From a virus (lineage: Duplodnaviria; Heunggongvirae; Uroviricota; Caudoviricetes): a stretch of 34,056 bases of DNA. The position numbers and the translations under genes are program-made. This document shows, piece after piece, positions 23,720 to 33,386 of this stretch. Positions within the stretch are counted from its first letter, which is position 1; every line of letters begins with the position of its first letter. The DNA is taken from positions 1 to 34,056 of IMG/VR virus record IMGVR_UViG_3300023184_000047; one strand, written 5' to 3'. The notes under the pieces are model-generated. The model ran no database searches and was not told the origin of the DNA. It saw only the letters and a list, made by a program, of their open reading frames with translations.

Positions 23720-24617
23720 AGCCGAAGAGATTAATTGGGAAACGGATAAAATTGTATCTTATTCCCAATTCTCAACTTGGAAACAATGTCCTCATAAGTG
23801 GAAACTTCAAAATGTAGATAAACTTAAAAACCCACCTAGTATCCATTTAATCTTCGGTACAGCAATACACACTGCTATACAACATTATTTAAAAGTAATG
23901 TATGAACAAAGTGGAGCAGCTGCCGATAGAGAAGATATAATTCAATTGTTTGAAAATAGTCTTAGAGAAGAATATAAAAAAGGTTTTGAACAAAATAAAC
24001 AGAATCATTTTTCAAACGCTGAGGAAATGACTGAGTTTTTTGAAGATGGTAAAATTATATTAGAATACTTTAAAAGAAAAAAAGGTGGATACTTTTCAAC
24101 TCGTAAAACACATCTTGTAGGAATAGAATTTCCTTTATCTTATGCACCACATGAAAATTATCCTAATGTAAAATTTAAAGGATTTATTGATCTTATATTC
24201 TACAATGAAAACACAGAAAAGTTATATATTTACGACATAAAAACTTCAACTCGTGGATGGAAAGATCAAGATAAAAAAGATGAAACAAAAACATCTCAAA
24301 TCCTACTTTACAAATCCTACTTTAGTAAAATATTTAATTGGGATGTAGATAAAATAGATGTTGAATTTTTTATTGTAAAAAGAAAAATATGGGAGGACAG
24401 TGATTATCCTATTCCTAGAATTCAAGAATTCATCCCCCCGTCAGGAACTCGAAAACGTTTGAATGCCACAGAAGCCTTTCGTACATTTATTGAAGATTGC
24501 TTTACCACAGAAGGTAAACCTCAAGAAAAAGAATTTATAAAAAATATGAGTCCGTTATGTAAATGGTGTCAATTTAATGATGATTCTTCTTTATGTAACA
24601 AAGTTAATTCTTTATAA
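23676..24617 (+). CDS. PD-(D/E)XK exonuclease with four Cys (Cas4/AddB-like, putative Fe-S)
   Basis: SYSQ..CP, GFIDL, DIKTS, QILLY, CKWC-x8-C. Confidence 0.85.
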   Translation: MKKVPKHLKPLLEYKAEEINWETDKIVSYSQFSTWKQCPHKWKLQNVDKLKNPPSIHLIFGTAIHTAIQHYLKVMYEQSGAAADREDIIQLFENSLREEYKKGFEQNKQNHFSNAEEMTEFFEDGKIILEYFKRKKGGYFSTRKTHLVGIEFPLSYAPHENYPNVKFKGFIDLIFYNENTEKLYIYDIKTSTRGWKDQDKKDETKTSQILLYKSYFSKIFNWDVDKIDVEFFIVKRKIWEDSDYPIPRIQEFIPPSGTRKRLNATEAFRTFIEDCFTTEGKPQEKEFIKNMSPLCKWCQFNDDSSLCNKVNSL

Positions 24618-24651
24618 ATTCACATATATTTATATCCAAATATATAATATT

Positions 24652-24855
24652 ATGGCAAGTAAAAACGAAAAATTAATTTTAACTAGTGTAAAAGTACACG
24701 AAGAGCTATTTGATGAATTCAAAGTAGCTAGTATTAAAAACAAATTTAATTTACAAAAACTTACAAATCGCGCAATGCATCTTTATTTAAACAATGATGA
24801 ATTTCGCAAACAATTACACAATCACACTGAATTAGTGTTAAGTGGTAGTCTTTAA
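24652..24855 (+). CDS. Small ribbon-helix-helix-like DNA-binding protein, 67 aa (probable start 24652)
   Basis: LTSVKV strand followed by two helices (EELFDEFK; LQKLTNRAMHLY); ATATTTAT motif 26 nt upstream. Confidence 0.55.
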   Translation: MASKNEKLILTSVKVHEELFDEFKVASIKNKFNLQKLTNRAMHLYLNNDEFRKQLHNHTELVLSGSL

Positions 24856-24873
24856 TATCTTTTAAAATCTGTT

Positions 24874-26316
24874 ATGAAAGAAAATTACATCCCGCAGGGA
24901 CAACGAAAAAAAATCCTGTTATTATCTGATGACATCCGCACAACATCAGGAATAGCAACTATGGCTAGAGAAATTGTATTGGGAACATGTCATCACTACA
25001 ATTGGGTAAATCTGGGAGCTACAATTCAAAACCCCGATGAAGGTAAAAAATTAGACTTAAGTGAAGACTCTAACAGTTTTGCTCAAATTACTGATGCAAA
25101 TGTTACACTCTATCCTTCTTCAGGATATGGTACCATTGAAAGAATCAGAGATCTAATCCAGACAGAAAAACCAGACGCTATTATGTTATTTACGGATCCT
25201 CGTTATTGGGAGTGGTTATGGATGCATGAACGAGAAATACGCTCGCAAATTCCTATTTTATATCTTAACATTTGGGATTCTTTACCTTATCCACTTTATA
25301 ATAGAGGTTACTATGAATCGTGTGATTTATTAATGGCTATCTCAAAACAAACCGAAAATATTAATAGATCAGTATTAGGTAAAGCAGCTAATAGTAAAGT
25401 AATAGGATATGTTCCTCATGGTATTAATGAAGATGTATTTTTCCCTATCACTGAGGGAAATATAGGATGGAACGAGCTTCAAGAATTTAAAAAGAACTTA
25501 TTTGGGGATAAAGAATATGAATTTGTACTAATGTTTAACTCTAGAAACATCAGACGTAAATCTTTTCCAGATACATTACTAGCTTGGAAATTATTTGTTG
25601 ATAATCTCCCTGAAGATAAAAAAGATAAAGTAGCATTTATAGCTCATACTCAACCTATAGATGAAAATGGGACAGATATACCAGCAGTGATTGAAATGAT
25701 TTGGGGTAAAACACCACCAAATGTGTTTATTACTGGATTAAATAGGTTTATTCCTGAACAAATGAATTTATTATATAACTGTGCTGATGCTAGTATATTA
25801 ATATCTTCAAATGAAGGGTGGGGGTTATCTTTAACAGAAGCAATGATGTGTGGTAAACCTATTATTGCAAACGTAACTGGAGGTATGCAAGATCAAATGC
25901 GTTTTGAAGATGAAAATGGTGATTGGATTAAATTCACAGAAGAATTTGGATCAAATCATTTTGGAAAATACAAAAAATGTGGCGAATGGGCATTCCCCGT
26001 ATTTCCTAATAATATGAGTCTAATCGGCTCAGTACCAACACCTTATATATTTGATGATAGAGCAGATTTTAGAGACGCTGCTACTCAAATTCAAGCAATT
26101 TATGATTTAGATTCTAAAGAACGCAAACGTCTAGGAGAATCAGCACGTAAATGGACTTTATCGGATGAAGCTATGATGACTTCAACCAATATGGGTAAAA
26201 ATGTTATTAAATATATTGATCAAACATTTGATACTTGGATACCAAGAAAATCCCATGACTTTATTAAAATAGAAGAATTATCTGCAAAACAAAATAAAAC
26301 TATAATTTCGTTATGA
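24874..26316 (+). CDS. GT-B (GT4-like) glycosyltransferase
   Basis: SGIATMA, VPHG, RNIRRK, EGWGLSLTEAM, GGM. Confidence 0.88.
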   Translation: MKENYIPQGQRKKILLLSDDIRTTSGIATMAREIVLGTCHHYNWVNLGATIQNPDEGKKLDLSEDSNSFAQITDANVTLYPSSGYGTIERIRDLIQTEKPDAIMLFTDPRYWEWLWMHEREIRSQIPILYLNIWDSLPYPLYNRGYYESCDLLMAISKQTENINRSVLGKAANSKVIGYVPHGINEDVFFPITEGNIGWNELQEFKKNLFGDKEYEFVLMFNSRNIRRKSFPDTLLAWKLFVDNLPEDKKDKVAFIAHTQPIDENGTDIPAVIEMIWGKTPPNVFITGLNRFIPEQMNLLYNCADASILISSNEGWGLSLTEAMMCGKPIIANVTGGMQDQMRFEDENGDWIKFTEEFGSNHFGKYKKCGEWAFPVFPNNMSLIGSVPTPYIFDDRADFRDAATQIQAIYDLDSKERKRLGESARKWTLSDEAMMTSTNMGKNVIKYIDQTFDTWIPRKSHDFIKIEELSAKQNKTIISL

Positions 26317-27611
26317 GTAAACCAATTTGTATAGTAAGCTGTCCTATTGACACATTTAGTGGATACGGAGCTAGATCACGTGATTTTGTAAAGTCACTTA
26401 TTGCCTCTAAAGGTGAGGAATGGGATATTAAAATATTATCCCAAAGATGGGGACAAACCCCGTTTGGAGCATTAGATGAAAATATTCCTGAAGAAAAAGA
26501 TTTAAAAGATAGAATAGTAGGGGCTTTAACTATGAATCTTTCCCAACAACCTGAAGTTTGGATTCAAATCACAGTACCAAATGAATTCCAACCAGTAGGA
26601 AAATTTAATATAGGAGTAACAGCAGGTATAGAAACTACAGTTTGTGATCCTAGTTGGATTGAAGGATGCAATAGAATGAATTTAACGCTAACATCATCAG
26701 ATCACTCTAAAAAAGTATTCCAAGCTAGTCGATTTGAACAACGAAACCAAACGGGACAAGTTATTGGAGCCATTGAATTAAAAACCCCGGTTGAAATTTT
26801 ATTTGAAGGAGCAGATTTAAGTAAGTATTTTAAAACTACAGAAAAATTAGATTATGATGTGTGTAAAGATTTAGATACAATTCCTGAAAATTTCTGTTAT
26901 CTGTTTGTAGGACATTGGCTTCAAGGTGAATTTGGAGAAGATAGAAAAAATGTTGGTTACACTATAAAAGCATTTTTAGAAGTATTTAAAAATAAGAAAA
27001 ATAAACCTGCTTTAATATTAAAAGTATCTCACGGTGCTACTTCTATTCTGGATAGAGATAAAATTTTAAAAAGAATAGATGATGTTAGAAAAACAGTATC
27101 CGGTAAAAATTTACCTAATATTTACGTAATACACGGCGATTTAAGCGACAATGAAATAAATGCCATATACAATCATTCAAAAGTAAAGGCAATGGTTAAT
27201 CTCACAAAAGGTGAAGGATTTGGAAGACCTTTATTAGAATTTAGTATTGTTGGAAAACCTATTATTGCTTCTGGTTGGAGTGGTCATATTGATTTCTTAC
27301 CTTTAGAATTCACAGGTTTGGTTGGTGGTACATTAAATAATATACATCCAAGTGCTCATGTCCCTAATGTAATATTAAAAGAAAGTCAATGGTTTAAACC
27401 GGATGACAATCAAGTAGGACATGCTTTTACTGATATGTTTGAAAAATATAAAGATTATCAAGAAAAAGCAAAACGTCTTGCATTTAGAAACAAACAAAAT
27501 TTCTCACTAGATAAAATGACTGAAACTCTAAATAAATTACTAGCACAACACACCCCAGAATTCCCAAAACATGTTGAACTTAAATTACCAAAATTAAATA
27601 AAATTAAATAA
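26313..27611 (+). CDS. GT-B (GT4-like) glycosyltransferase
   Basis: SGYG, RKN, GEGFGRPLLE, SGH. Confidence 0.88.
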   Translation: MSKPICIVSCPIDTFSGYGARSRDFVKSLIASKGEEWDIKILSQRWGQTPFGALDENIPEEKDLKDRIVGALTMNLSQQPEVWIQITVPNEFQPVGKFNIGVTAGIETTVCDPSWIEGCNRMNLTLTSSDHSKKVFQASRFEQRNQTGQVIGAIELKTPVEILFEGADLSKYFKTTEKLDYDVCKDLDTIPENFCYLFVGHWLQGEFGEDRKNVGYTIKAFLEVFKNKKNKPALILKVSHGATSILDRDKILKRIDDVRKTVSGKNLPNIYVIHGDLSDNEINAIYNHSKVKAMVNLTKGEGFGRPLLEFSIVGKPIIASGWSGHIDFLPLEFTGLVGGTLNNIHPSAHVPNVILKESQWFKPDDNQVGHAFTDMFEKYKDYQEKAKRLAFRNKQNFSLDKMTETLNKLLAQHTPEFPKHVELKLPKLNKIK

Positions 27612-27612
27612 C

Positions 27613-28044
27613 ATGAATGATAATTTAATAAAATGTCCTCATTGTGAGGCTGAAATGTGTTATGAATACCATAATCCCCAATACATCCAATGGATGTGTT
27701 TTAATTGTGGTTATGGAAGTACTTCACATATGGTTAAAGATAGTGATTTTGTAAAATCATCTAGAGATGTATTACCTGAACTAATCAAAGATTTAGAATT
27801 TACTGATGAAAATAATTTTGTTTGGTACCCAAGTACAATTAATATTCCTGAAAAAGGTATATTATTTCCTAATGGGACAGGTAAAGATACCTGGGGGTGG
27901 TCAGTTGCACCTTTAATTTTAATTAAAAAGGAAGAAAAATCTAAATTTCCTAAAAATCAAACACATAAAGTTAATTTAGCAGGTATGGAAAATTTTCCAA
28001 AAGAGTCATATGCTGCTGCTGTTACAAGATTAAATGCATTATAA
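27613..28044 (+). CDS. Zn-ribbon hypothetical protein
   Basis: CPHC ... CFNCG. Confidence 0.7.
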   Translation: MNDNLIKCPHCEAEMCYEYHNPQYIQWMCFNCGYGSTSHMVKDSDFVKSSRDVLPELIKDLEFTDENNFVWYPSTINIPEKGILFPNGTGKDTWGWSVAPLILIKKEEKSKFPKNQTHKVNLAGMENFPKESYAAAVTRLNAL

Positions 28045-28047
28045 ATA

Positions 28048-28662
28048 ATGAAAATAAGTTATGCAATAACAGTTTGTAATGAATTGGAGGAAGTAAAAAG
28101 ACTAGTCAACTTCCTCCTTTCTAACAAACGAGAACAGGATGAAATAGTCATCTTGTTTGATGATAAAGGCACTAAAGAAGTTTGGAATTATCTGCTTAAA
28201 ATAGAAAATCAAATAACCTTACTACATAGAGCATTATTTAATAATGACTTTAGCCAATGGAAAAACCTACTAACAAAATTATGTACCGGATGCTACATCT
28301 TCCAGATAGATGCTGATGAGATTCCTCACATTAATTTAATCCAAAATCTGCCTACATTGTTAGAAGGCAATTACGTTGATATGGTTAGGATTCCTAGAGT
28401 AAATACTGTGGAAGGATTAACTAAGGAACACATCCAGAAGTGGGGTTGGAATGTAAATGAGAAAGGATGGATTAACTGGGCTGACTGGCAAATGAGAATC
28501 TATAAGAATGCGCCACACATAAAGTGGGTTAACAAAGTACATGAGGTATTGGATGGATTTAAAACACATGGAATGCTCCCCCCAGAAGAGGAGTGGGCTT
28601 TATATCATCCTAAGACAATCGAAAGACAAGAAAGACAAAATAATTATTACAATACTTTATGA
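28048..28662 (+). CDS. GT2-family glycosyltransferase
   Basis: ITVCNE, QIDADE, PRVN, DWQMR, VHE. Confidence 0.85.
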   Translation: MKISYAITVCNELEEVKRLVNFLLSNKREQDEIVILFDDKGTKEVWNYLLKIENQITLLHRALFNNDFSQWKNLLTKLCTGCYIFQIDADEIPHINLIQNLPTLLEGNYVDMVRIPRVNTVEGLTKEHIQKWGWNVNEKGWINWADWQMRIYKNAPHIKWVNKVHEVLDGFKTHGMLPPEEEWALYHPKTIERQERQNNYYNTL

Positions 28663-29276
28663 AAGCATTAATACCATGTGCCGGTTTTGGTACTAGAATG
28701 AGAATGGCACCTCATCAAGCTAAAGAATTACTTCCGGATGAGACCGGAGCCCCAACAATTGAATGGTCTTTAAATATATGTAAAGAAAACAATATAGACC
28801 CTATTATCATTACTCGTCCTGAAAAAGAAGAATTTAACAAATATCTAGATAAAAATAATATTACTTATGTATTTGATGATGGAAATTCAGTAGGAGAATC
28901 ATTATTAAAAACTCAACCTTATTGGGATGCTACTAATATAGTAATATTACCTGATACTCGTTTTGATTACCCTAAAAATTTCTTTTTAGATACCGATAAA
29001 TGTATGAAAGCAGGTAATAATTATGTGTTTGGATTATTTGAGGTATTTGATTATCATAATTGGGGTATTATTTGTAATAATGTGTTTTTTGAAAAACCTA
29101 AACATAAATTTACAGAATATGATTATGCATATGCCTGGGGAACAATAGCGTTTAAAAAATCAAAAGGAGAAGCATTGCTAAATAGTTACAATTTAGTATC
29201 AAAGCCTTTTGAGTTAAAAAATGCAGGATATTTGTTTATTGATAATTTTAGAGATATAAGTAGAAAATACGTGTAG
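28659..29276 (+). CDS. Sugar-phosphate nucleotidyltransferase (RmlA/NTP_transferase-like)
   Basis: LIPCAGFGTRM...KELLP, LPD, EKP. Confidence 0.8.
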   Translation: MKALIPCAGFGTRMRMAPHQAKELLPDETGAPTIEWSLNICKENNIDPIIITRPEKEEFNKYLDKNNITYVFDDGNSVGESLLKTQPYWDATNIVILPDTRFDYPKNFFLDTDKCMKAGNNYVFGLFEVFDYHNWGIICNNVFFEKPKHKFTEYDYAYAWGTIAFKKSKGEALLNSYNLVSKPFELKNAGYLFIDNFRDISRKYV

Positions 29277-29278
29277 AT

Positions 29279-29929
29279 ATGGCAAATGGAATATATAAAA
29301 TAACAGAGGATTTTGAAAAAGCATTAGCTGACTATACAGGAGCAAAATATGTAGTTACTTTAGATAATATGAGTAATGCATTGTTTTTAGCATTATATTA
29401 TGAACATTATATAAAAAAAAGCATAACATCTCCAACAATAAAAATCCCTAACAGAACCTACCCCTCAGTACCCTGCGAAATTATCCATGCTGGTTTAAAG
29501 GTAGAATTTGAGATTGTTAATGGAAAAACTATAAGAGGAGCCTATAATTTAAAGGGAAGTAACGTTTGGGACTCTGCTTTATCTTTTACAGCAGATATGC
29601 ACAAACCAAATACGCATATGTGTGTTTCATTTACTGGTCCTTATAAGCATTTTAAATTATCAAAAGGAGGAGCAATATTAACAGATGATTATGATGCTTA
29701 TCTTTGGTTTAAAAGAGCAAGGTATAGCGGAAGACGTGAATGTTCATATCATGATGATAATCTAGATATGCTAGGATGGAATTTTTACATGATGCCTGAA
29801 TTAGCAGCTCGAGGAATACTATTAATGAACCAATTTTATAACATAGACGGAAGTAAAAAACATAACCCCGATCTAGAATTACCCTACCCCGATTTATCTA
29901 AATTTAAAATATATACTAACTCTAATTAA
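29279..29929 (+). CDS. Short DegT/DnrJ/EryC1/StrS-family PLP aminotransferase
   Basis: FEKALADYTGAKY, TYPSVP, DSA, SFTGPYKHF..SKGGAI; 216 aa. Confidence 0.8.
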   Translation: MANGIYKITEDFEKALADYTGAKYVVTLDNMSNALFLALYYEHYIKKSITSPTIKIPNRTYPSVPCEIIHAGLKVEFEIVNGKTIRGAYNLKGSNVWDSALSFTADMHKPNTHMCVSFTGPYKHFKLSKGGAILTDDYDAYLWFKRARYSGRRECSYHDDNLDMLGWNFYMMPELAARGILLMNQFYNIDGSKKHNPDLELPYPDLSKFKIYTNSN

Positions 29930-29931
29930 TT

Positions 29932-30540
29932 ATGAAAAACTTATTTGAATGGCCAAACCAAAAACCCAATGTACCTCAGAGTGGCCACCATTGGTGTCAT
30001 GAAACCAATGCAACTGTTTTACAACAGATGATAGCTCATATGAATCCTAAATTTATCCTAGAATTAGGTAGTTGGACGGGTGCTGGTTCTACAACACTTA
30101 TAGCAAATAATGCACCTAATGCTCAAATTATTTGTGTAGATCATTGGAGTAAAGATCTAAATGATTTTGTTCAAGATGAATGTGGTTTAGAACAATTAAA
30201 AGAATTTGAACCCCAAATTGAAGTATTATGGGAAACTTTTTTAGTTAATATGTGGGAACACAAACACCATGTTACTCCACTCAGAGCTACAACTAAAGAA
30301 GGTTTAAAAACTCTTAGTACTTTAAATATACCTTTTGATATAATATATATCGATGCTCACCACGATTATGCTCCCGTAAAACTAGATATAGAAATGTCCC
30401 ATAAAAATTGGCCAAACGCTACTATTATAGGAGATGATTATAGTTGGAAAACTGTAAGTAAAGCTGTTCATGATTATGCTGATGAAAATAATTTAAAAGT
30501 AGAAACTCATGGGAACTGTTGGTGGTATTTAATTAATTAA
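29932..30540 (+). CDS. Class I SAM methyltransferase (Methyltransf_24-like)
   Basis: LELGSWTG, CVDHW, IYIDAHHDY, GDDY. Confidence 0.85.
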   Translation: MKNLFEWPNQKPNVPQSGHHWCHETNATVLQQMIAHMNPKFILELGSWTGAGSTTLIANNAPNAQIICVDHWSKDLNDFVQDECGLEQLKEFEPQIEVLWETFLVNMWEHKHHVTPLRATTKEGLKTLSTLNIPFDIIYIDAHHDYAPVKLDIEMSHKNWPNATIIGDDYSWKTVSKAVHDYADENNLKVETHGNCWWYLIN

Positions 30541-30541
30541 A

Positions 30542-31117
30542 ATGAAAAGAGCATTAATAGGTTATGGAGGTCATGCTCGAGAAGTATTGGCCCAAATGGG
30601 AGAAAACATTCCCTGCTTTGTAGATGATCAGTATATAACAAAAGATACTTTTTCCTTATCTTCTTTTGATCCTACAGAATATGAAGTATTAGTAGCAGTT
30701 GGATCTTCCAAAGATAGATATGATATTGTACAAAAACTTCCTAAAGAAACTAAATACTTTACTTTTATACACCCCACAGCACTTATAGCAGGTGATGTTG
30801 AAATAGGAGAAGGCAGTTTTATAGGAGCTTATTCAATATTAACTACTAATATTAAAATAGGTAAACATACTTTACTAAACAGAGGAAATCAAATTGGACA
30901 TGACACTACAATAGGAGACTACTTCAGCGCTATGCCCGGAGCTATCGTATCTGGAAATGTAACAATATATGATTTAGTGTATATGGGTACTAATTCATCA
31001 ATAAAAGAAAAAATATCAATCCATAGTTTATCTACAATTGGTTCTAATGCTGCTGTAGTAAAACATATTAAGGAATCAGGTACATATGTTGGTGTACCTG
31101 CTAAAAAAATAACATGA
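30542..31117 (+). CDS. PglD/NeuD-like sugar acetyltransferase (hexapeptide repeats)
   Basis: IGYGGHARE, IHPTA, [IV]G hexapeptide repeats, GHD, VGVPAK. Confidence 0.9.
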   Translation: MKRALIGYGGHAREVLAQMGENIPCFVDDQYITKDTFSLSSFDPTEYEVLVAVGSSKDRYDIVQKLPKETKYFTFIHPTALIAGDVEIGEGSFIGAYSILTTNIKIGKHTLLNRGNQIGHDTTIGDYFSAMPGAIVSGNVTIYDLVYMGTNSSIKEKISIHSLSTIGSNAAVVKHIKESGTYVGVPAKKIT

Positions 31118-31791
31118 TACATATAATATATAGACACACAAGTAATGCTAGTGGTTTAGGAAAAAATAGACCACATTGGTTCTCCTATGATAAAAGTTTA
31201 AATAACATATTATCAACAATTGAAGGAATAGACTTTGTTAAATTCCATTTAGTATATGATGGTGAATACAAAGGAAATGATCCTCGGATACACCACATAG
31301 AAAATTTTCAAGGTGGGTCAGATTGGATATCATATGTTTATGCTTGGAATTATGCTAAAAAATTAATTTTAGAAGATAATGATTTAATTTACTTTGTAGA
31401 AAATGATTATGCTTTTACTCCTAACTGGTCTTATAAAATCCAAGAACTCTTTAATACCTATGATGAATTAGATTACGTCACCCCATATGACCACCCTGAC
31501 TTCTATAATCCTAACAACTACCCAGGATTAATGGCTTATATGTTTACAACGAAAACCCATCATTGGAAAACGGTTCCAAGTTCAACAGGTAGTATAATTG
31601 TAACTAAAAGAATATTAAATGAAGACTTTGATGTTCATACTACAACACCGAGTGATAGAGGAAGATTTGAATTTTTACAAGCTAGTAAAGGGAGAAATGT
31701 ATTAGCACCTATACCAAGTTTAACAACTCATTGTGAAGTCGAATGGTTAGCTCCTACCATTGATTGGGAAACAATTTATAAAAACTATTAA
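31114..31791 (+). CDS. GT-A-like glycosyltransferase
   Basis: IYFVENDY (DxD-like), YDHPD, PSLTTH. Confidence 0.6.
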   Translation: MIHIIYRHTSNASGLGKNRPHWFSYDKSLNNILSTIEGIDFVKFHLVYDGEYKGNDPRIHHIENFQGGSDWISYVYAWNYAKKLILEDNDLIYFVENDYAFTPNWSYKIQELFNTYDELDYVTPYDHPDFYNPNNYPGLMAYMFTTKTHHWKTVPSSTGSIIVTKRILNEDFDVHTTTPSDRGRFEFLQASKGRNVLAPIPSLTTHCEVEWLAPTIDWETIYKNY

Positions 31792-31792
31792 T

Positions 31793-32524
31793 ATGAAAAC
31801 ACTAGTAGCAATACTCCAATACAACACATTTGAACTAACAGATAGTTTATATGAAACTTTAAAACCATATGAACAAGATATTTATGATCTTATAGTAGTT
31901 GATAATGGTTCTCATACAGACAAAATTAGTAAATATACAACTCATGCACTAAATGAAAATGTTTTTTATGGTGGTGGTGTAAGTGTTATTTTAGATTTAT
32001 TTTTAGAATCTTCTCAATATGATTCCGTTATTATTTTAAATAATGATTTACATCTACATGGTTTTAATTATATTAAAACTTTAAGAGAAGAAATGATAAA
32101 AGGAGATTTTAAACTGATATCTCCTTGTGTTTTAGAACCTCATACCGGGGAACAATCATGTTGGAGATCTATGAGACCTTGGCATACTGGGACTACTAGA
32201 GAAGTACCTTATATTGACTATCAAGCTCCTATGTTTAGTAGAGAATTAGCAAAAAAAATGCATCCGATTCCTCAAGAATTATTTTATGGTTGGGGGATAG
32301 ATATTCTTTCTAGTATAATATGTGAAGAAAATAATTGGAAAATAGGAGTATGTGATAAAACACCTACTATACATTTAGTAAGTCAAACATTAAAGTTAAA
32401 TCCTAATGAATTATCCAACGTTAATAATTTAGCTGAGAGAAATATGTTTTCTTATTTTGAAACCTCAGGAAAATTTAGTAAATTCATAGAAATAAGAAAT
32501 AAAGCTTTTAATTATGAAATATAA
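31793..32524 (+). CDS. GT2-family glycosyltransferase (probable start 31793)
   Basis: VVDNGS, ILNND, GWGID. Confidence 0.75.
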   Translation: MKTLVAILQYNTFELTDSLYETLKPYEQDIYDLIVVDNGSHTDKISKYTTHALNENVFYGGGVSVILDLFLESSQYDSVIILNNDLHLHGFNYIKTLREEMIKGDFKLISPCVLEPHTGEQSCWRSMRPWHTGTTREVPYIDYQAPMFSRELAKKMHPIPQELFYGWGIDILSSIICEENNWKIGVCDKTPTIHLVSQTLKLNPNELSNVNNLAERNMFSYFETSGKFSKFIEIRNKAFNYEI

Positions 32525-33386
32525 TTTTTTGTGTACTTTGCATATAATGTGGTATGAGAGTGAAATGATAAATGAAACTCTTGATTCTCTTCAACAAGCA
32601 ATATCAAATGCCACTACTCCTATACAATTAATCATTTGTTTAAATTCACAAACATATATGGAACAACCAGATGAAAGTTTTATTCCTGAACAAATGTTTA
32701 ATATATTCTTAAATCATCCTGTATTAGAGAATGCTATTATAATTAAAAAAACAGACAACGATCCTTTTTATAATATTGGAGACTGGGCAAGGGAAATTTA
32801 TGGATCTGAATATGAAGCAAAGTATACAGTATGGTTAGAAAGTGATTGTTTAGTGCCTAATGATTATTTCTTCCTATTAGAGAATATTGAAATTGATCAC
32901 CCACATACTATCTCACTAGCAAATCGAAAAATGTGGGATAATACCTGGGATGAATTAGAGCACCCTGTCGTACAACAAATTCCTCGAACTGGCCCTCCAG
33001 AAGAACCCCAGCAAAATGCCCCAGAACCTTTAGGTGTAGGTCATTATATAAGTCAAAAAGATTTAAACGAATTTAATGATAAATTTGAACCTAAATTAAT
33101 TAAATTATCTCAACCTAAGGTAGATGGTGCTATGACTGCTGTTTCAAGCAATTTTCCTTATCCTTTTATAGCAGAAGGTGTTCATTTAGGGGGTCATGAT
33201 TATTATATGGAAATGTTTATGAAAAAACATAATATTCCTCAATACCATATATCTACTAGATTAAAAGGACATAATTGTGCTCATCCTAAAAAACGATTAG
33301 GAACAAGTACACCAAGAGGAGGAGAATTTTATAAAAAATGTGAAAAACAATGTAATGAACTAATTTATAAATTAATCAATGGATAA
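32514..33386 (+). CDS. Putative GT-A-like glycosyltransferase, 290 aa
   Basis: WLESD (DxD-like), H-x-x-x-H-P-x-K-R at the C-terminus; context. Confidence 0.5.
   Translation: MKYNFLCTLHIMWYESEMINETLDSLQQAISNATTPIQLIICLNSQTYMEQPDESFIPEQMFNIFLNHPVLENAIIIKKTDNDPFYNIGDWAREIYGSEYEAKYTVWLESDCLVPNDYFFLLENIEIDHPHTISLANRKMWDNTWDELEHPVVQQIPRTGPPEEPQQNAPEPLGVGHYISQKDLNEFNDKFEPKLIKLSQPKVDGAMTAVSSNFPYPFIAEGVHLGGHDYYMEMFMKKHNIPQYHISTRLKGHNCAHPKKRLGTSTPRGGEFYKKCEKQCNELIYKLING

Noticed and set aside
23676-24617. Cas4 / CRISPR adaptation module
   Set aside because: No cas1/cas2 or array in the window; stand-alone Cas4-like exonucleases are common in phage replication modules.
28400-28620. Apparently GC-richer patch in a GT2 gene suggesting recent transfer
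   Set aside because: Largely explained by Trp/Gly codons; cannot be supported without a computed GC3 profile.
1067-31137. All other minus-strand ORFs in the track (e.g. 1067-1273, 2879-3109, 5047-5502, 5804-6055, 18759-18950, 21851-22051, 30919-31137)
   Set aside because: Shadow frames fully opposite well-supported + strand genes; no recognisable motifs.
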